Shown piece after piece: positions 1-9,310 of a stretch of DNA of 64,000 nt; positions within the stretch are counted from its first letter, which is position 1, and every line of letters starts with the position of its first letter. Under the pieces are notes generated by a model, which did no database searches, was not told where the DNA came from, and worked only from the letters and a program-made list of their open reading frames with translations. A program made the position numbers and the translations under genes. This stretch comes from Candidatus Poribacteria bacterium (GTDB lineage: Bacteria > Poribacteria > WGA-4E > WGA-3G), in NCBI GenBank assembly GCA_965242965.1, contig OZ251518.1, forward strand, positions 2,240,001 to 2,304,000, read 5' to 3'.

Positions 1-1
1 A

Positions 2-1630
2 GAGGGACGCTACATCGTCCTCTTCGCGCCGCGCCAAACGGGGAAGACGACGTTCTTCTACAACGCGCTTGACGCACTCGTCGCCGAGGAATCGGACTAT
101 TTCCCGATCCAACTCAATTTTGAGGTGTATGAAGGCGTGGAACCTGCCGAATTTTACGCCGACTTCCACCAAGATATTCTGATGGAAATTGAGGACATGT
201 TCCAAAAGCGCGGCATAGAACCCACTGCGGCGTTAAGCGAATTCTTAACGCAGGCGCAAATAACCAACCATCTCTCAATGGGAAGGTTTTTTGAGAAGTT
301 GACACGTCTGCTCAGCCAGCAGGCAGCAGACGCACCCTTGCGAGGGACAGGTATTCGCACCACGGAATCTGGGGAAATAAACGGAGGAATCGCAGCCCCA
401 CCGCGATTTCCTCGGATTGTCCTCATCATTGACGAATTTGACGGCATCCCTCCCGCCGCGGCGAAGGGTTTTCTTCACACTCTCCGCCGCATTTACCTCA
501 CGCGAGGGGAGCGATGTATCCACAGCGTCGGCATCGTCGGCGTGAAAAGTATCAAGCAACTCAACTACGATAGGACTATCTCGCCGTTTAATATCCAAGA
601 TGAGTTCGCTTTGCACAACTTCACACTGGCGCAAGTGGAAGAACTCCTTGGGCAATATACCGCAGAAGTCGGACAACCGTTCGCCGCTGACATGATTGCG
701 GCACTGCACCGGCAGACAGGCGGACAGCCGTTCCTCGTCAACCGCCTCGCGCAGATACTCACCGAGGAGATGGCTATCCCGAAAGACGTGCCCATCACCC
801 TCGCGCACTTTGCGAAGGCACACACTGCCATCCTTGAGGAAATTAACGTCAACATTGAACACCTGACTACCAATATTCGCCGAGACCGGCGGTTTCAAAA
901 CCTCCTCATGGAAATCGCCACGTCGGAGAAAGCGGTGACTTTCAACCCGCGCAACGAAGTCATGCGTGAACTTGCAACCTATGGCGTTATCACGCAAGGC
1001 TCCGATGGGCAGTGTGAGATTGTCAATCCGATTTATCACCATCGCATCCTGCAGGCGTTCCAACCGGCCATCAACGGATTGGAGGACGATTACTTCCCCG
1101 AAGACACCGGCGCAGAATTTTCGGATTACCTCACCGCCGATGGACAGATTGACCTGACATCGCTGCTGGACAACTTCCGGGATTTCATCGCACGCATCGG
1201 GTTTCGGGTTCTGCAGGTGCCGGGCATTCCAAAGGAATCCGTTGGGCAATACCTGCTCGCCACATATCTTGATGCGTTTGTGCAGTTCGTGCGGGGTGAC
1301 ATGTATCTGGAACTGCCAACCGGCCGCTGTCAGATGGATTTAGTGGTGTTCCACAACGGCCGCAAATATGTCGTTGAAATCAAGGTATGGAACAGCGAGA
1401 AGCGGTATGAGGGAGGCAAACAGCAGCTGGCTGCCTATCTCAAATCGGAGGGGGTTTCGGAGGGCTACTATGTGGTGTTCGATCGCCGTGAAAACCCAGA
1501 ACCCCGCGTAGAGACGGAGACGATAGACGGGTTGCGGATTCGGAGTTATGTTATACCGGTGTTGCAGGAGCGGCCGTCAGATTTATCGGAGGAATTGGAG
1601 GGATATGGGACTTATACCAAATGCCGTTGA
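2..1630 (+). CDS. AAA-like ATPase with C-terminal PD-(D/E)XK nuclease domain (5'-partial)
   Basis: The frame is open from the window start. Walker A APRQTGKT lies upstream of the called ORF. Walker B LIIDEFD, SPFNI and TGGQPFL motifs; C-terminal MDL...VVEIK...QL..Y nuclease motif. Confidence 0.8.
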   Translation, partial: EGRYIVLFAPRQTGKTTFFYNALDALVAEESDYFPIQLNFEVYEGVEPAEFYADFHQDILMEIEDMFQKRGIEPTAALSEFLTQAQITNHLSMGRFFEKLTRLLSQQAADAPLRGTGIRTTESGEINGGIAAPPRFPRIVLIIDEFDGIPPAAAKGFLHTLRRIYLTRGERCIHSVGIVGVKSIKQLNYDRTISPFNIQDEFALHNFTLAQVEELLGQYTAEVGQPFAADMIAALHRQTGGQPFLVNRLAQILTEEMAIPKDVPITLAHFAKAHTAILEEINVNIEHLTTNIRRDRRFQNLLMEIATSEKAVTFNPRNEVMRELATYGVITQGSDGQCEIVNPIYHHRILQAFQPAINGLEDDYFPEDTGAEFSDYLTADGQIDLTSLLDNFRDFIARIGFRVLQVPGIPKESVGQYLLATYLDAFVQFVRGDMYLELPTGRCQMDLVVFHNGRKYVVEIKVWNSEKRYEGGKQQLAAYLKSEGVSEGYYVVFDRRENPEPRVETETIDGLRIRSYVIPVLQERPSDLSEELEGYGTYTKCR

Positions 1631-1643
1631 TTCGTATCGGCTC

Positions 1644-1718
1644 TGTAGGACAAAATCTCCCGATTTTGACTGTTCGGGCTCCCGATGTCACTCACATCGG
1701 AGGGTTGCGAGCCCGAAC
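1644..1718. repeat. Degenerate GTAG-type palindromic repeats between convergent genes
   Basis: gtaggacaaaatctcccgattttgac and gttcgggctc...gagcccgaac hairpins resemble the window-wide repeat families. Confidence 0.5.
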
Positions 1719-1828
1719 GACCCAGATTCATTTGGTATTCCCCCTATCTCCGTCCTCCGAACTTTGGAGAATAGCTTGAGGGATTGGGACATGGAGGTTT
1801 AATTCCGCAGCAACCGTTGAGGCGACAC

Positions 1829-3031
1829 CTATCCCTTGGCCGTTGAGGTCTGAACCTGCTCAATTGCATACTTAAAAGTTTCCTGATAAACGGTGCTTTT
1901 GAGTCGGCTTTCAATGAAAGTTTTAAGCTTACCAGCCTTTTCCGCTTCGCGCGCGCTTCGCGCCTCAAAGTTGAGGGCATACAGGTTATGACAAGCCCGA
2001 CGATGGATATGGTTTTCGCCATCTCGATCTTCGAGATAGTCTAGGTAGGAAAGTGCTTCGGCTTCATTGTGAATGTCCCGATCTTCTCCCTTATCCCAGT
2101 CTTTGATGGCAAACCCCTCTTCATCTATTAACTGCAGCAAACGCCTTGCAAAGTGACGGCGGGTTTCTTCATATTTTTTCTCGTCTTTTGCTCTCTCGCG
2201 AGCGGAAAACCGAGTCCAAGGAAAACCCGGTAATTGCACATTTTTGAATGCCGCGCTGAGGATCCATGTCTGTGAATCCACCGTGTTGGCACCGCAATAA
2301 AAAGCAAAGAGCATCAGCAGCGCAGAGCCGAGTGAAAAACAGTGGATATGTGCATCTGGGAACAGTTGCCGTGCCTTGCAAAGGATCTTAATTACCTTTC
2401 GTTTACTCCCGTTGCGCGCGAGCGGTGCCAAACTTCCGATGCCAACGATAGGAGGATCGTCCCCCCAGATCTTGACAATCTCCTCACAGCAACGCTTAAG
2501 AGTTTCGTCATCGTGGCCATGAAGCACCGGCATGAGTTGAAAGTCGCTGGGTAACTCCCCGTTACGAGAGGTGAATTCATCAAACATTCTACGGGTGTTC
2601 GCTAGCGTGTTTCCCCAACGGATGCTTATCTCTTCATCTGCGGATTTAGGGAGAAAAGGATGATCGAGCACGACAGATACATCCACCTCGCAGGCAATTC
2701 CAAGGTTCAGAACATCAAGCGCGTCAATGCTAATGTCTGCATGCTTCTGGAAGTTAAAGCCGCCGGAGTCAAGCATCACCGGTCCGTCAAACTTGATGTG
2801 CTCGTGAAGTTTGGCTTGCCCTTTTCGGATTTCCGATGCAACTTGCCGAGTTCGGTGATTTGCTAGAAAGTCGTAGGCGTTCACGAGGATGGCTTGGGTA
2901 CCCGTCATCTCCCACGGCGGAAGACGCAGGCCTGCGCGCGGATAATCGCCTACCCGATAACTCGCAAAAAGGTTCGGGATTTCCAAACGCTCCCTTGAAA
3001 AGACCTGTGAGTGTGTCACGTCCGGATCCAT
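1829..3031 (-). CDS. tRNA-guanine transglycosylase-like protein (archaeosine-TGT/DpdA-like)
   Basis: Motifs MLDSGGF, LDHP, PVLHG, GIGSLAP, HIHCFSLG, GANTVDSQTW and HNL, i.e. a TGT TIM barrel with the three catalytic Asp positions. Confidence 0.85.
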   Translation of the reverse strand: MDPDVTHSQVFSRERLEIPNLFASYRVGDYPRAGLRLPPWEMTGTQAILVNAYDFLANHRTRQVASEIRKGQAKLHEHIKFDGPVMLDSGGFNFQKHADISIDALDVLNLGIACEVDVSVVLDHPFLPKSADEEISIRWGNTLANTRRMFDEFTSRNGELPSDFQLMPVLHGHDDETLKRCCEEIVKIWGDDPPIVGIGSLAPLARNGSKRKVIKILCKARQLFPDAHIHCFSLGSALLMLFAFYCGANTVDSQTWILSAAFKNVQLPGFPWTRFSARERAKDEKKYEETRRHFARRLLQLIDEEGFAIKDWDKGEDRDIHNEAEALSYLDYLEDRDGENHIHRRACHNLYALNFEARSAREAEKAGKLKTFIESRLKSTVYQETFKYAIEQVQTSTAKG

Positions 3032-4197
3032 TAAAGTCCTCCTTCTTCGACAATCTTTTTTACCCGGTCCCGCATTCTGGGCAAAAAATATCCAGGCAAC
3101 ACACCAAGTTGAGACCCCTCAACTTCTTGTCTCAACGAATGGTACTCCTCGGCGGCAATGTCCTTTATCATAGATTCTAACTCATGATACCGCCCGGGCT
3201 TCCCTTGCTTTTCGTGCTTCTTGAGATACGCCTCATACTTGTTTCGTCCACTGTTCAAGTAGTCTGACACGTACTCAATCGCGAGATTGAGGGAGTCAAT
3301 AGGTTGAAGATCTATCGGTTCGCCTAAGCGCCGCTCAATAGCCGGATATTGCCTAAGGTCTTTCGGTTCCGGAATCGTCGCGACGACAAAGAAGACGCGC
3401 TCCTTTAGCACATCAAAAAAATGCCGCAGGTCTTGCGCATACCGGGCCTGGCGCGAATAAGTGCGACCTTCAAAAATCTCCTCAAATTCGTCAAACAGCA
3501 GGACGATGCCGTCGCAAAGACCGAGTTCTTTTAACACGCCAAGCAACCCATTCAAGAACCGCATTGCGAGTGACGGACTCGTAATGTCAGAAGGGGGAGT
3601 CCCATCGTGAGTTAATAGATTCTTATCCGCGGATAGGAGTTTTTGCCCTTTCAGCCAACGCACGAAGGTTTCCGCACGCCGCTCACTGTAAATAGGGAAC
3701 AATTCACTCTGCTCAACGAGAGCTCTAACCGCTTTTAAGATTTCGGACGCGGGTTTAATTTCCGCTGAGAGTTCGCCAATCTTTCTCGGTGTCGTTTGCA
3801 AAATCGTCAGCAGATCTCCCAAGAATAACTCAGACAGCCTATCGACAATTTGTACGTGGATGTCAAAGTAACTCTCGCCGGGGTTAGAGATATAGATTGG
3901 GTGAAGGCTTCCAATGTATCTACTCTGTCTCGCTTCATCAGTTAAGCGTTCAAAGTAGCGCAGGATATTTGTCTTTCCTGCACCACTCTCCCCGTTAATC
4001 CGCAGCCGTTTTGCCGTTGAGGAGAAATCCTGCAGAATAGTGACAAATTTTTCTTTTATCTCACCTTGGTCGCTACAGACATCAAAACCTGTTTCACCGT
4101 AGCCCGGAAACGGATTTTCAAGGAGAAAATACTCCTCATAGGGATTGTCTACGGATTTACGTTGAAATAGTTCCTCAAAGTCTTTTTTGAGTGTCAC
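3031..4197 (-). CDS. P-loop AAA+ ATPase
   Basis: ENPF, Walker A GESGAGKT, Walker B LLFDEFEE and Arg-finger-like PAIERRL. GTG start follows GGAGG and overlaps the upstream TGA; the stop overlaps the downstream ATG. Confidence 0.85.
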   Translation of the reverse strand: MTLKKDFEELFQRKSVDNPYEEYFLLENPFPGYGETGFDVCSDQGEIKEKFVTILQDFSSTAKRLRINGESGAGKTNILRYFERLTDEARQSRYIGSLHPIYISNPGESYFDIHVQIVDRLSELFLGDLLTILQTTPRKIGELSAEIKPASEILKAVRALVEQSELFPIYSERRAETFVRWLKGQKLLSADKNLLTHDGTPPSDITSPSLAMRFLNGLLGVLKELGLCDGIVLLFDEFEEIFEGRTYSRQARYAQDLRHFFDVLKERVFFVVATIPEPKDLRQYPAIERRLGEPIDLQPIDSLNLAIEYVSDYLNSGRNKYEAYLKKHEKQGKPGRYHELESMIKDIAAEEYHSLRQEVEGSQLGVLPGYFLPRMRDRVKKIVEEGGL

Positions 4198-5117
4198 TTT
4201 GCCACCTCCCATCGAATCAATTTAACCAGTTTGCCGTTGACGCGCATCCCATCCACCAGATAGCGGTGCTCAATCCACTCCGGTTGATGTGACTTTCCAC
4301 CGAGGAGTTCAGCAGCCAGGCGTTCTCGCAGAATCTCTTTTCTCGGCCGTATAGAGATGATTCGGAAACGTCCCGAAACTACACGCCGAATCGTCGCCGG
4401 CGCAAGTCTGATTTCCCCCGGGCAATTTTCAACAAACTGGTTGAACTTCATCTCAAAAGCCTGAAAGGAGATCTGCAGTTTTTGACACACGCAATGTGCC
4501 AAACGCCCCAAGTTCGCGTAACCCGAAGTCTTATCTGCCTGATGATAACCCTCAATGCAGACTTCTTTGAAGTCTTCTAATGAGGGACGCGCTGCATCCC
4601 ACTCGCCACCCCAATAGAGTTCATCTCCAAACGGTGAACGGTAGGCGTGTCCCACCGCTACTGCCCACCTCCAAAAGGTGTCAAAGGCAACAAAGGTAAT
4701 GCCATATTCTTCCTTTAAGAAACGTCCCAAATTCCTTTTATCTGTCTTAGACTGACGCTGCGGAATCTGAATCTCTTTCTTGTCCTTCAGGCAATCAAGG
4801 AAACTTGCGTAAGGCGGATAATTCCTCAAACCTTCATTCATCGGCAACAAATGAGCTCCAGAGTCCCATGCGTCCATAAACGTACGATAATTCTCGGTAA
4901 GACCTAAGACACGAGAATTTCCAGCACTGGGTGTGATCCACTTGGCTGCCACAAAAACGCGCAAGATATCCCGCACCCGACGCTCAAGGTGCTTGACTCG
5001 GCCTTGACTCTCAATGATTTCGTGGAACGTATCCAGAGAGAGTTGGCTTTCACAACGACGGTGTGTCTCAATGCCATCGGCAACGGAAAGTAACTTGTTC
5101 ACCGAGATCGGATCCAC
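4194..5117 (-). CDS. Hypothetical protein, possibly winged-helix DNA-binding
   Basis: 307-aa ORF with RBS GGAGGG, translationally coupled on both sides. The fold is a guess from the helical/basic pattern. Confidence 0.6.
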   Translation of the reverse strand: MDPISVNKLLSVADGIETHRRCESQLSLDTFHEIIESQGRVKHLERRVRDILRVFVAAKWITPSAGNSRVLGLTENYRTFMDAWDSGAHLLPMNEGLRNYPPYASFLDCLKDKKEIQIPQRQSKTDKRNLGRFLKEEYGITFVAFDTFWRWAVAVGHAYRSPFGDELYWGGEWDAARPSLEDFKEVCIEGYHQADKTSGYANLGRLAHCVCQKLQISFQAFEMKFNQFVENCPGEIRLAPATIRRVVSGRFRIISIRPRKEILRERLAAELLGGKSHQPEWIEHRYLVDGMRVNGKLVKLIRWEVAK

Positions 5118-5120
5118 TTG

Positions 5121-6212
5121 TTATTCCCTCCGTATTTCTAGCACATCGTGTGCAAAGAATCCCGCCTGCGCTTCTGAATAGTAATTGAGTTCGTATGAAA
5201 GTTCCTCGTTCTTAAGGTGAATTGTGCTGAAGACCTGCGTCAAATCCCACAGTAGGTAGTGTATAGGCGTTAGCACCAATCCGCCGTTATGGGAGTCGTA
5301 TCGGACTGAACTTATCTCCTTAGGTAAGGATGGGACTGGGACACCGACATGAAGGCTGCCTTGGTCTTCCAAGGTTGCAAGCGAAGCCATATCCTTATCG
5401 CCGGTGAGCAGATATACACCCCTGTGAATCCCTCGGTCTCGCTTGAGGTTCTTCACGCTTTCAATAATCAGCCGATCCACTTGCGCGAACCTCCCTAAGT
5501 GTTCCGGAAGCGTGGTTAGCATTTCTACAGGCCGCCATTGGCGAATGTGGTTTAATTCGCGGCTAATGGCCGTGATCTGTGGGCGTTTCCCAAGCACACT
5601 GCAATTCTTAAGTTGAGGTTTCTTACCGTACCAGATTTCCTTCAACGCACCCGCCTGTCGCTGCACCTCAGTCATCACGAAAACCGGGACAACTGTCCAA
5701 ATCTGAACATCCCGCAGAGTTTGGTGAAGAAAAGATACTGCCCCTCGGCGCAGGGCGCTAGTATCAGCGACAAGCGTCAAGTAGCCGAATCTTGATAGCC
5801 GCTTCATCACTTCCTGAAACTGCATCTCAACAGTCTGTTCTTCCATAGTCTGTTCTTCCATCAGGCAAAACTCTGGACGGAGAATTCCAGTTCGGACTAG
5901 ACTATCGGCGAGTTGATTAGGAATAACGCTTAGGGCTTTCTCCACCCTCGCCTTCTTGGATTGCTTTTGCTGCCCCTTTTCTGCCAATGCAGAAAAACAG
6001 TTCTCAATCTGTTGAGCACTCACAGGACGAAAAGTGAAAGGAACAATCGGATAGGTTCGCGCCGTTTCCTCGGAGGCATCAATCGTGATGTCACCCAGTT
6101 TCACATATTCGTCTTCCGATAAATGAGTCCCATCTGTATAGGAAACTTCCCATTCGCCGCTGAATCGGTATTCAGCAATGAACTCATCTAATTTTAGAGC
6201 TCGCCTATCCAT
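5121..6212 (-). CDS. PIN-domain nuclease
   Basis: LVADTSAL, VVPVFVMTEV, VDRLIIE and LLTGDKDM supply the PIN acidic tetrad. Confidence 0.8.
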   Translation of the reverse strand: MDRRALKLDEFIAEYRFSGEWEVSYTDGTHLSEDEYVKLGDITIDASEETARTYPIVPFTFRPVSAQQIENCFSALAEKGQQKQSKKARVEKALSVIPNQLADSLVRTGILRPEFCLMEEQTMEEQTVEMQFQEVMKRLSRFGYLTLVADTSALRRGAVSFLHQTLRDVQIWTVVPVFVMTEVQRQAGALKEIWYGKKPQLKNCSVLGKRPQITAISRELNHIRQWRPVEMLTTLPEHLGRFAQVDRLIIESVKNLKRDRGIHRGVYLLTGDKDMASLATLEDQGSLHVGVPVPSLPKEISSVRYDSHNGGLVLTPIHYLLWDLTQVFSTIHLKNEELSYELNYYSEAQAGFFAHDVLEIRRE

Positions 6213-6612
6213 CAGAAATTCTCACTTCGTAGTCAGAATGCGGGGAGTGATTCTGCAAAATCTCCGTTACCACAGCAGATAAAATGGTGCTTGACTTCAA
6301 CACCGAGGTGGAAACACTCTCCGTATCTGGAGATTCTTCCGTGTCCGTTTCGAGATTTGTGAGTTGAGAAATCACCCGATCTTTTAACGGATCTGGCAGA
6401 TAGAAATCAACGGTCTTTGGACCTGATACGGGTTCACTAGTCTCCGGATCTATTGAGTCCAATTCCTCCACGTGCTTTTTAAGGCAACTCAAAGGAATTA
6501 CGACTGGTTCACTAAAATCCTGCCACTCCTGAAAATCAAGGATGGAAAGGTCTGGCACGTCATAAGGCTCGATTACTTCCTGTGATGTGCGATGAAAAAT
6601 TTCCACTTTCAT
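6205..6612 (-). CDS. Small acidic protein with possible ribbon-helix-helix C-terminus
   Basis: First gene of the operon; overlaps the PIN gene start. KTVDFYLPDPLKDRV...LSAVVTEILQNH resembles CopG/RHH. Confidence 0.55.
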   Translation of the reverse strand: MKVEIFHRTSQEVIEPYDVPDLSILDFQEWQDFSEPVVIPLSCLKKHVEELDSIDPETSEPVSGPKTVDFYLPDPLKDRVISQLTNLETDTEESPDTESVSTSVLKSSTILSAVVTEILQNHSPHSDYEVRISDG

Positions 6613-6642
6613 CCGGATGTTGACTCCACTTACTGAAAGAAC

Positions 6643-6671
6643 ATTTTAGCAAAAGTGCCCGATTTTTGCAA
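6643..6671 (-). promoter_or_regulatory. sigma70-type promoter of the PIN/ATPase/TGT operon
   Basis: Minus strand TTGCAA-N17-TAAAAT with TGn extension, about 30 bp upstream of the ATG. Confidence 0.6.
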
Positions 6672-6818
6672 GAAAAAAATTCGGAAACCGTCGCTATCTA
6701 TTTTCTACAACAGAACTATTTAGTCATCCGGACGTTGCGCGGCTATAGCGAGTTCCCCGTTTGAACCGCGCGAGGGGAACCGAAAACCGAACGCTAAATG
6801 CATTCTGCTAATGAATTA

Positions 6819-6848
6819 ATTATACCACAAAAAGTGAATTAATGTCAA
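6819..6848 (-). promoter_or_regulatory. Second minus-strand sigma70-type promoter
   Basis: TTGACA-N18-TATAAT with TG extension. Confidence 0.5.
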
Positions 6849-7112
6849 ATTTATTTCGGAAAAATCTGGATTCGCCGAAAATTGACACCCTTTAACTTTT
6901 TTCATCATAGTTTTCCCGATTTTCTAGACATCACATTCACTATTGACATGTTACGTTACCATAATAACACACACCCAACGCAAATGTCAAATTTTTCTTC
7001 TCAAAAATCCATTTTCCTTGCAGCTATTTTCGCTTTCATGCTATACTACTGCAAATCGCCACTGCCGAAACCAGGGTTTTTAGCAACTTTTTATCCCAAC
7101 ATCACAAAAAAA

Positions 7113-7141
7113 TTGCAAATTATTCGGAAGTGTGGTAAAAT
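7113..7141 (+). promoter_or_regulatory. sigma70-type promoter of arc
   Basis: TTGCAA-N17-TAAAAT with TG extension, followed by GAGGAG RBS and ATG at 7183. Confidence 0.65.
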
Positions 7142-7182
7142 GTATTTCGTAAAGTCATCCCCTTCCGCCTGAGGAGACGTTC

Positions 7183-8982
7183 ATGTACGCCAAAAATACT
7201 AAATACGCCGGGAAACACCCCGAGCAAGTCCAGTTCGTTGAAGATGACGAAGAACTGGAGGAAGAACTCGAAGAAGCCGAAGAATACGCAAATAGCTCCG
7301 GCTACTCATTGCAACTGATTCACCACATCATCTCCGAAACACCTGTCGAAGACCGGCGACGAAGATGGCTCCTAGAACTCCGCCGTTCTATCCTCAGCGA
7401 TGAAGGTGAATTCCAAGAACGCGTCCAAGCCATCCAGCGTGAGGCTCTCCGCATACACGCCGAAATGGAGGAGCAGATCGAGCAACTCACCTCTCCCGCT
7501 AATCGCATCGGGACACTGCTCGGACTGCCCAAGGAAGATGTCGCACGCGTCATCGTCGGCGGCTCCGAATACTACGCAAACCTCGCACCCGAACTGAACC
7601 CGGCTGAACTCAGAAAGGGATACAGCGTGTTGCTGAACGACGCATTTGTCGTCGTCGGAGAACTCGGGTATAGCGATGCCGGCCCTATCGTTAAAGTCGC
7701 TGACGTGCTACCCGACAACCGCATTCGCATCGGCGGCGAACCGAACGCGCAATCCGCTATCTTGGAACTCGGCGCAGAACTCGCCGATGCCAAACTGAAG
7801 CCGGGAGATGAAGTGCGCATCGACCTGAATTTTCGTGTCGCAATCGAGCAGATAGCCGCCAAAGAAGCAGACCATTACGCGCTAGAAAAGGTGCCGGAAA
7901 TCCCGTGGTCGAAGGTGGGTGGACTTGACGAAACCATCCAACTTATCAAGGATACCATTGAACTGCCCATCCTCCACCCGGAACTCTTCAAGCGGTTTCA
8001 ATACAGCGCGCCGAAGGGATTCCTACTGCACGGACCGCCGGGATGCGGCAAGACGCTCATCGGGAAGGCAACCGCGCATAACCTCACCGAACAACTGCGC
8101 AGCGAAACCGGCGAGGAGATCGAGGGGTGTTTCCTTCACATTAAGGGACCCGAGATTCTCAACATGTGGCTCGGCGAATCTGAACGGAAAGTCAGGGAAA
8201 TCTTCCAAATGGCACGTGAAAAACGGGAAGAAGGGAAACTCGCTTTTGTCTTCATTGACGAAGCAGAATCGATTCTAGGCACCCGCCGCGCACTCCGTTC
8301 ACACAGCATCTCGAACACGCTGGTACCGATGTTCTGCGCGGAGATGGACGGAATTGAATCCCTGCACGACGTGGTCATCATCCTCGCAACAAACCGGCCA
8401 GATCTGATCGATCCGGCGATTCTGCGCCCCGGACGCATTGATAGAAAAATCAAGGTGAAGCGTCCCAACGCAATAGCGGCGAAGGATATCTTCCGCATTT
8501 ATCTCACGCCGGAACTGCCGCTCATCCCAGAACGCGAAACGGAAGACGAAGTCGCAGAGGATGCGGCAGACTACGGCACGGAAAAACTCGTCGCAGACCT
8601 GATTGGACAGGTAGTTCATGAGATGTTCCGGGAAGACGAGGACAACCGATTCTTGGAAGTCGCACTCCGCAGCGGGAGACGCGATATTCTCTACCGCGGG
8701 CATCTCTGCAGCGGCGCGATTATTGAATCCATCGTGCAACGCGCGAAGGAGTCCGCACTGAAACGCGCAATTCGGGAGCCGGAGAGGGAGGCAGGCATCA
8801 CACGCGCAGACCTGTTGGACGCGCTCAGTGCCGAATACAGCGAAAGCGAAATCTTTCCACCGACAGAAGCGACAGAGGACTGGCTCAAACTCCTCGACTA
8901 TGAACCGGAGAATGTGGTGAAGGTTACGCCTATCCGAACGGAGAAACGCGAACGCCGCAAGACTGCAAGTCGGGTGATTTAA
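7183..8982 (+). CDS. arc: Proteasome ATPase ARC/Mpa
   Basis: Coiled coil and OB region, GPPGCGKT, IKGPEILN, FIDEAES and DPAILRPGRIDRKI; located in a proteasome locus. Confidence 0.93.
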   Translation: MYAKNTKYAGKHPEQVQFVEDDEELEEELEEAEEYANSSGYSLQLIHHIISETPVEDRRRRWLLELRRSILSDEGEFQERVQAIQREALRIHAEMEEQIEQLTSPANRIGTLLGLPKEDVARVIVGGSEYYANLAPELNPAELRKGYSVLLNDAFVVVGELGYSDAGPIVKVADVLPDNRIRIGGEPNAQSAILELGAELADAKLKPGDEVRIDLNFRVAIEQIAAKEADHYALEKVPEIPWSKVGGLDETIQLIKDTIELPILHPELFKRFQYSAPKGFLLHGPPGCGKTLIGKATAHNLTEQLRSETGEEIEGCFLHIKGPEILNMWLGESERKVREIFQMAREKREEGKLAFVFIDEAESILGTRRALRSHSISNTLVPMFCAEMDGIESLHDVVIILATNRPDLIDPAILRPGRIDRKIKVKRPNAIAAKDIFRIYLTPELPLIPERETEDEVAEDAADYGTEKLVADLIGQVVHEMFREDEDNRFLEVALRSGRRDILYRGHLCSGAIIESIVQRAKESALKRAIREPEREAGITRADLLDALSAEYSESEIFPPTEATEDWLKLLDYEPENVVKVTPIRTEKRERRKTASRVI

Positions 8983-8994
8983 CGGTTTGCCGCT

Positions 8995-9245
8995 ATGTAT
9001 CGGGACAGGGATGTCCCTCCTACGGCGCGGGAATTCCCAGTAGGAGAGACCTAATCTTGACCCGTTCGGGTGCAGGCGCACCCGAACTACGCGCTTGGGA
9101 CATCCCAGTAGGAGAGACCTCCTGGTCTCGATTTCCGCTGATGTATCGGGACAGGGATGTCCCGCCTACCGGGGATGCGGAGAGTATCGGGACAAGGATG
9201 TCCCGCCTACCGGGTAGGAGAGACCTCCTGGTCTCGATTGCTGCA
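8995..9245. repeat. Cluster of GTAG-type REP-like palindromes
   Basis: Copies of atcgggacagggatgtcc..cctac and gtaggagagacctcctggtctcgat in both orientations. Confidence 0.85.
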
Positions 9246-9310
9246 TCGCGCGGGACCCTGGCCATCGCAATAATTCAACATGAGGAGGCGCACAGAGGAA
9301 CTCAAAACCT

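Noticed and set aside
1829-6612. Calling the operon canonical Dpd, Qat, BREX or housekeeping tgt
   Set aside because: No recognisable DpdB/C, helicase, PLD, QueC, TatD or PglX/PglZ is present, and the enzyme lacks the bacterial TGT pocket and Zn cysteines. Remote homology cannot be excluded without HMMs.
6882-7172. 96-aa ORF in the AT-rich spacer
   Set aside because: TTG start inside promoter-like sequence, no RBS, atypical composition, and it overlaps the arc promoter.
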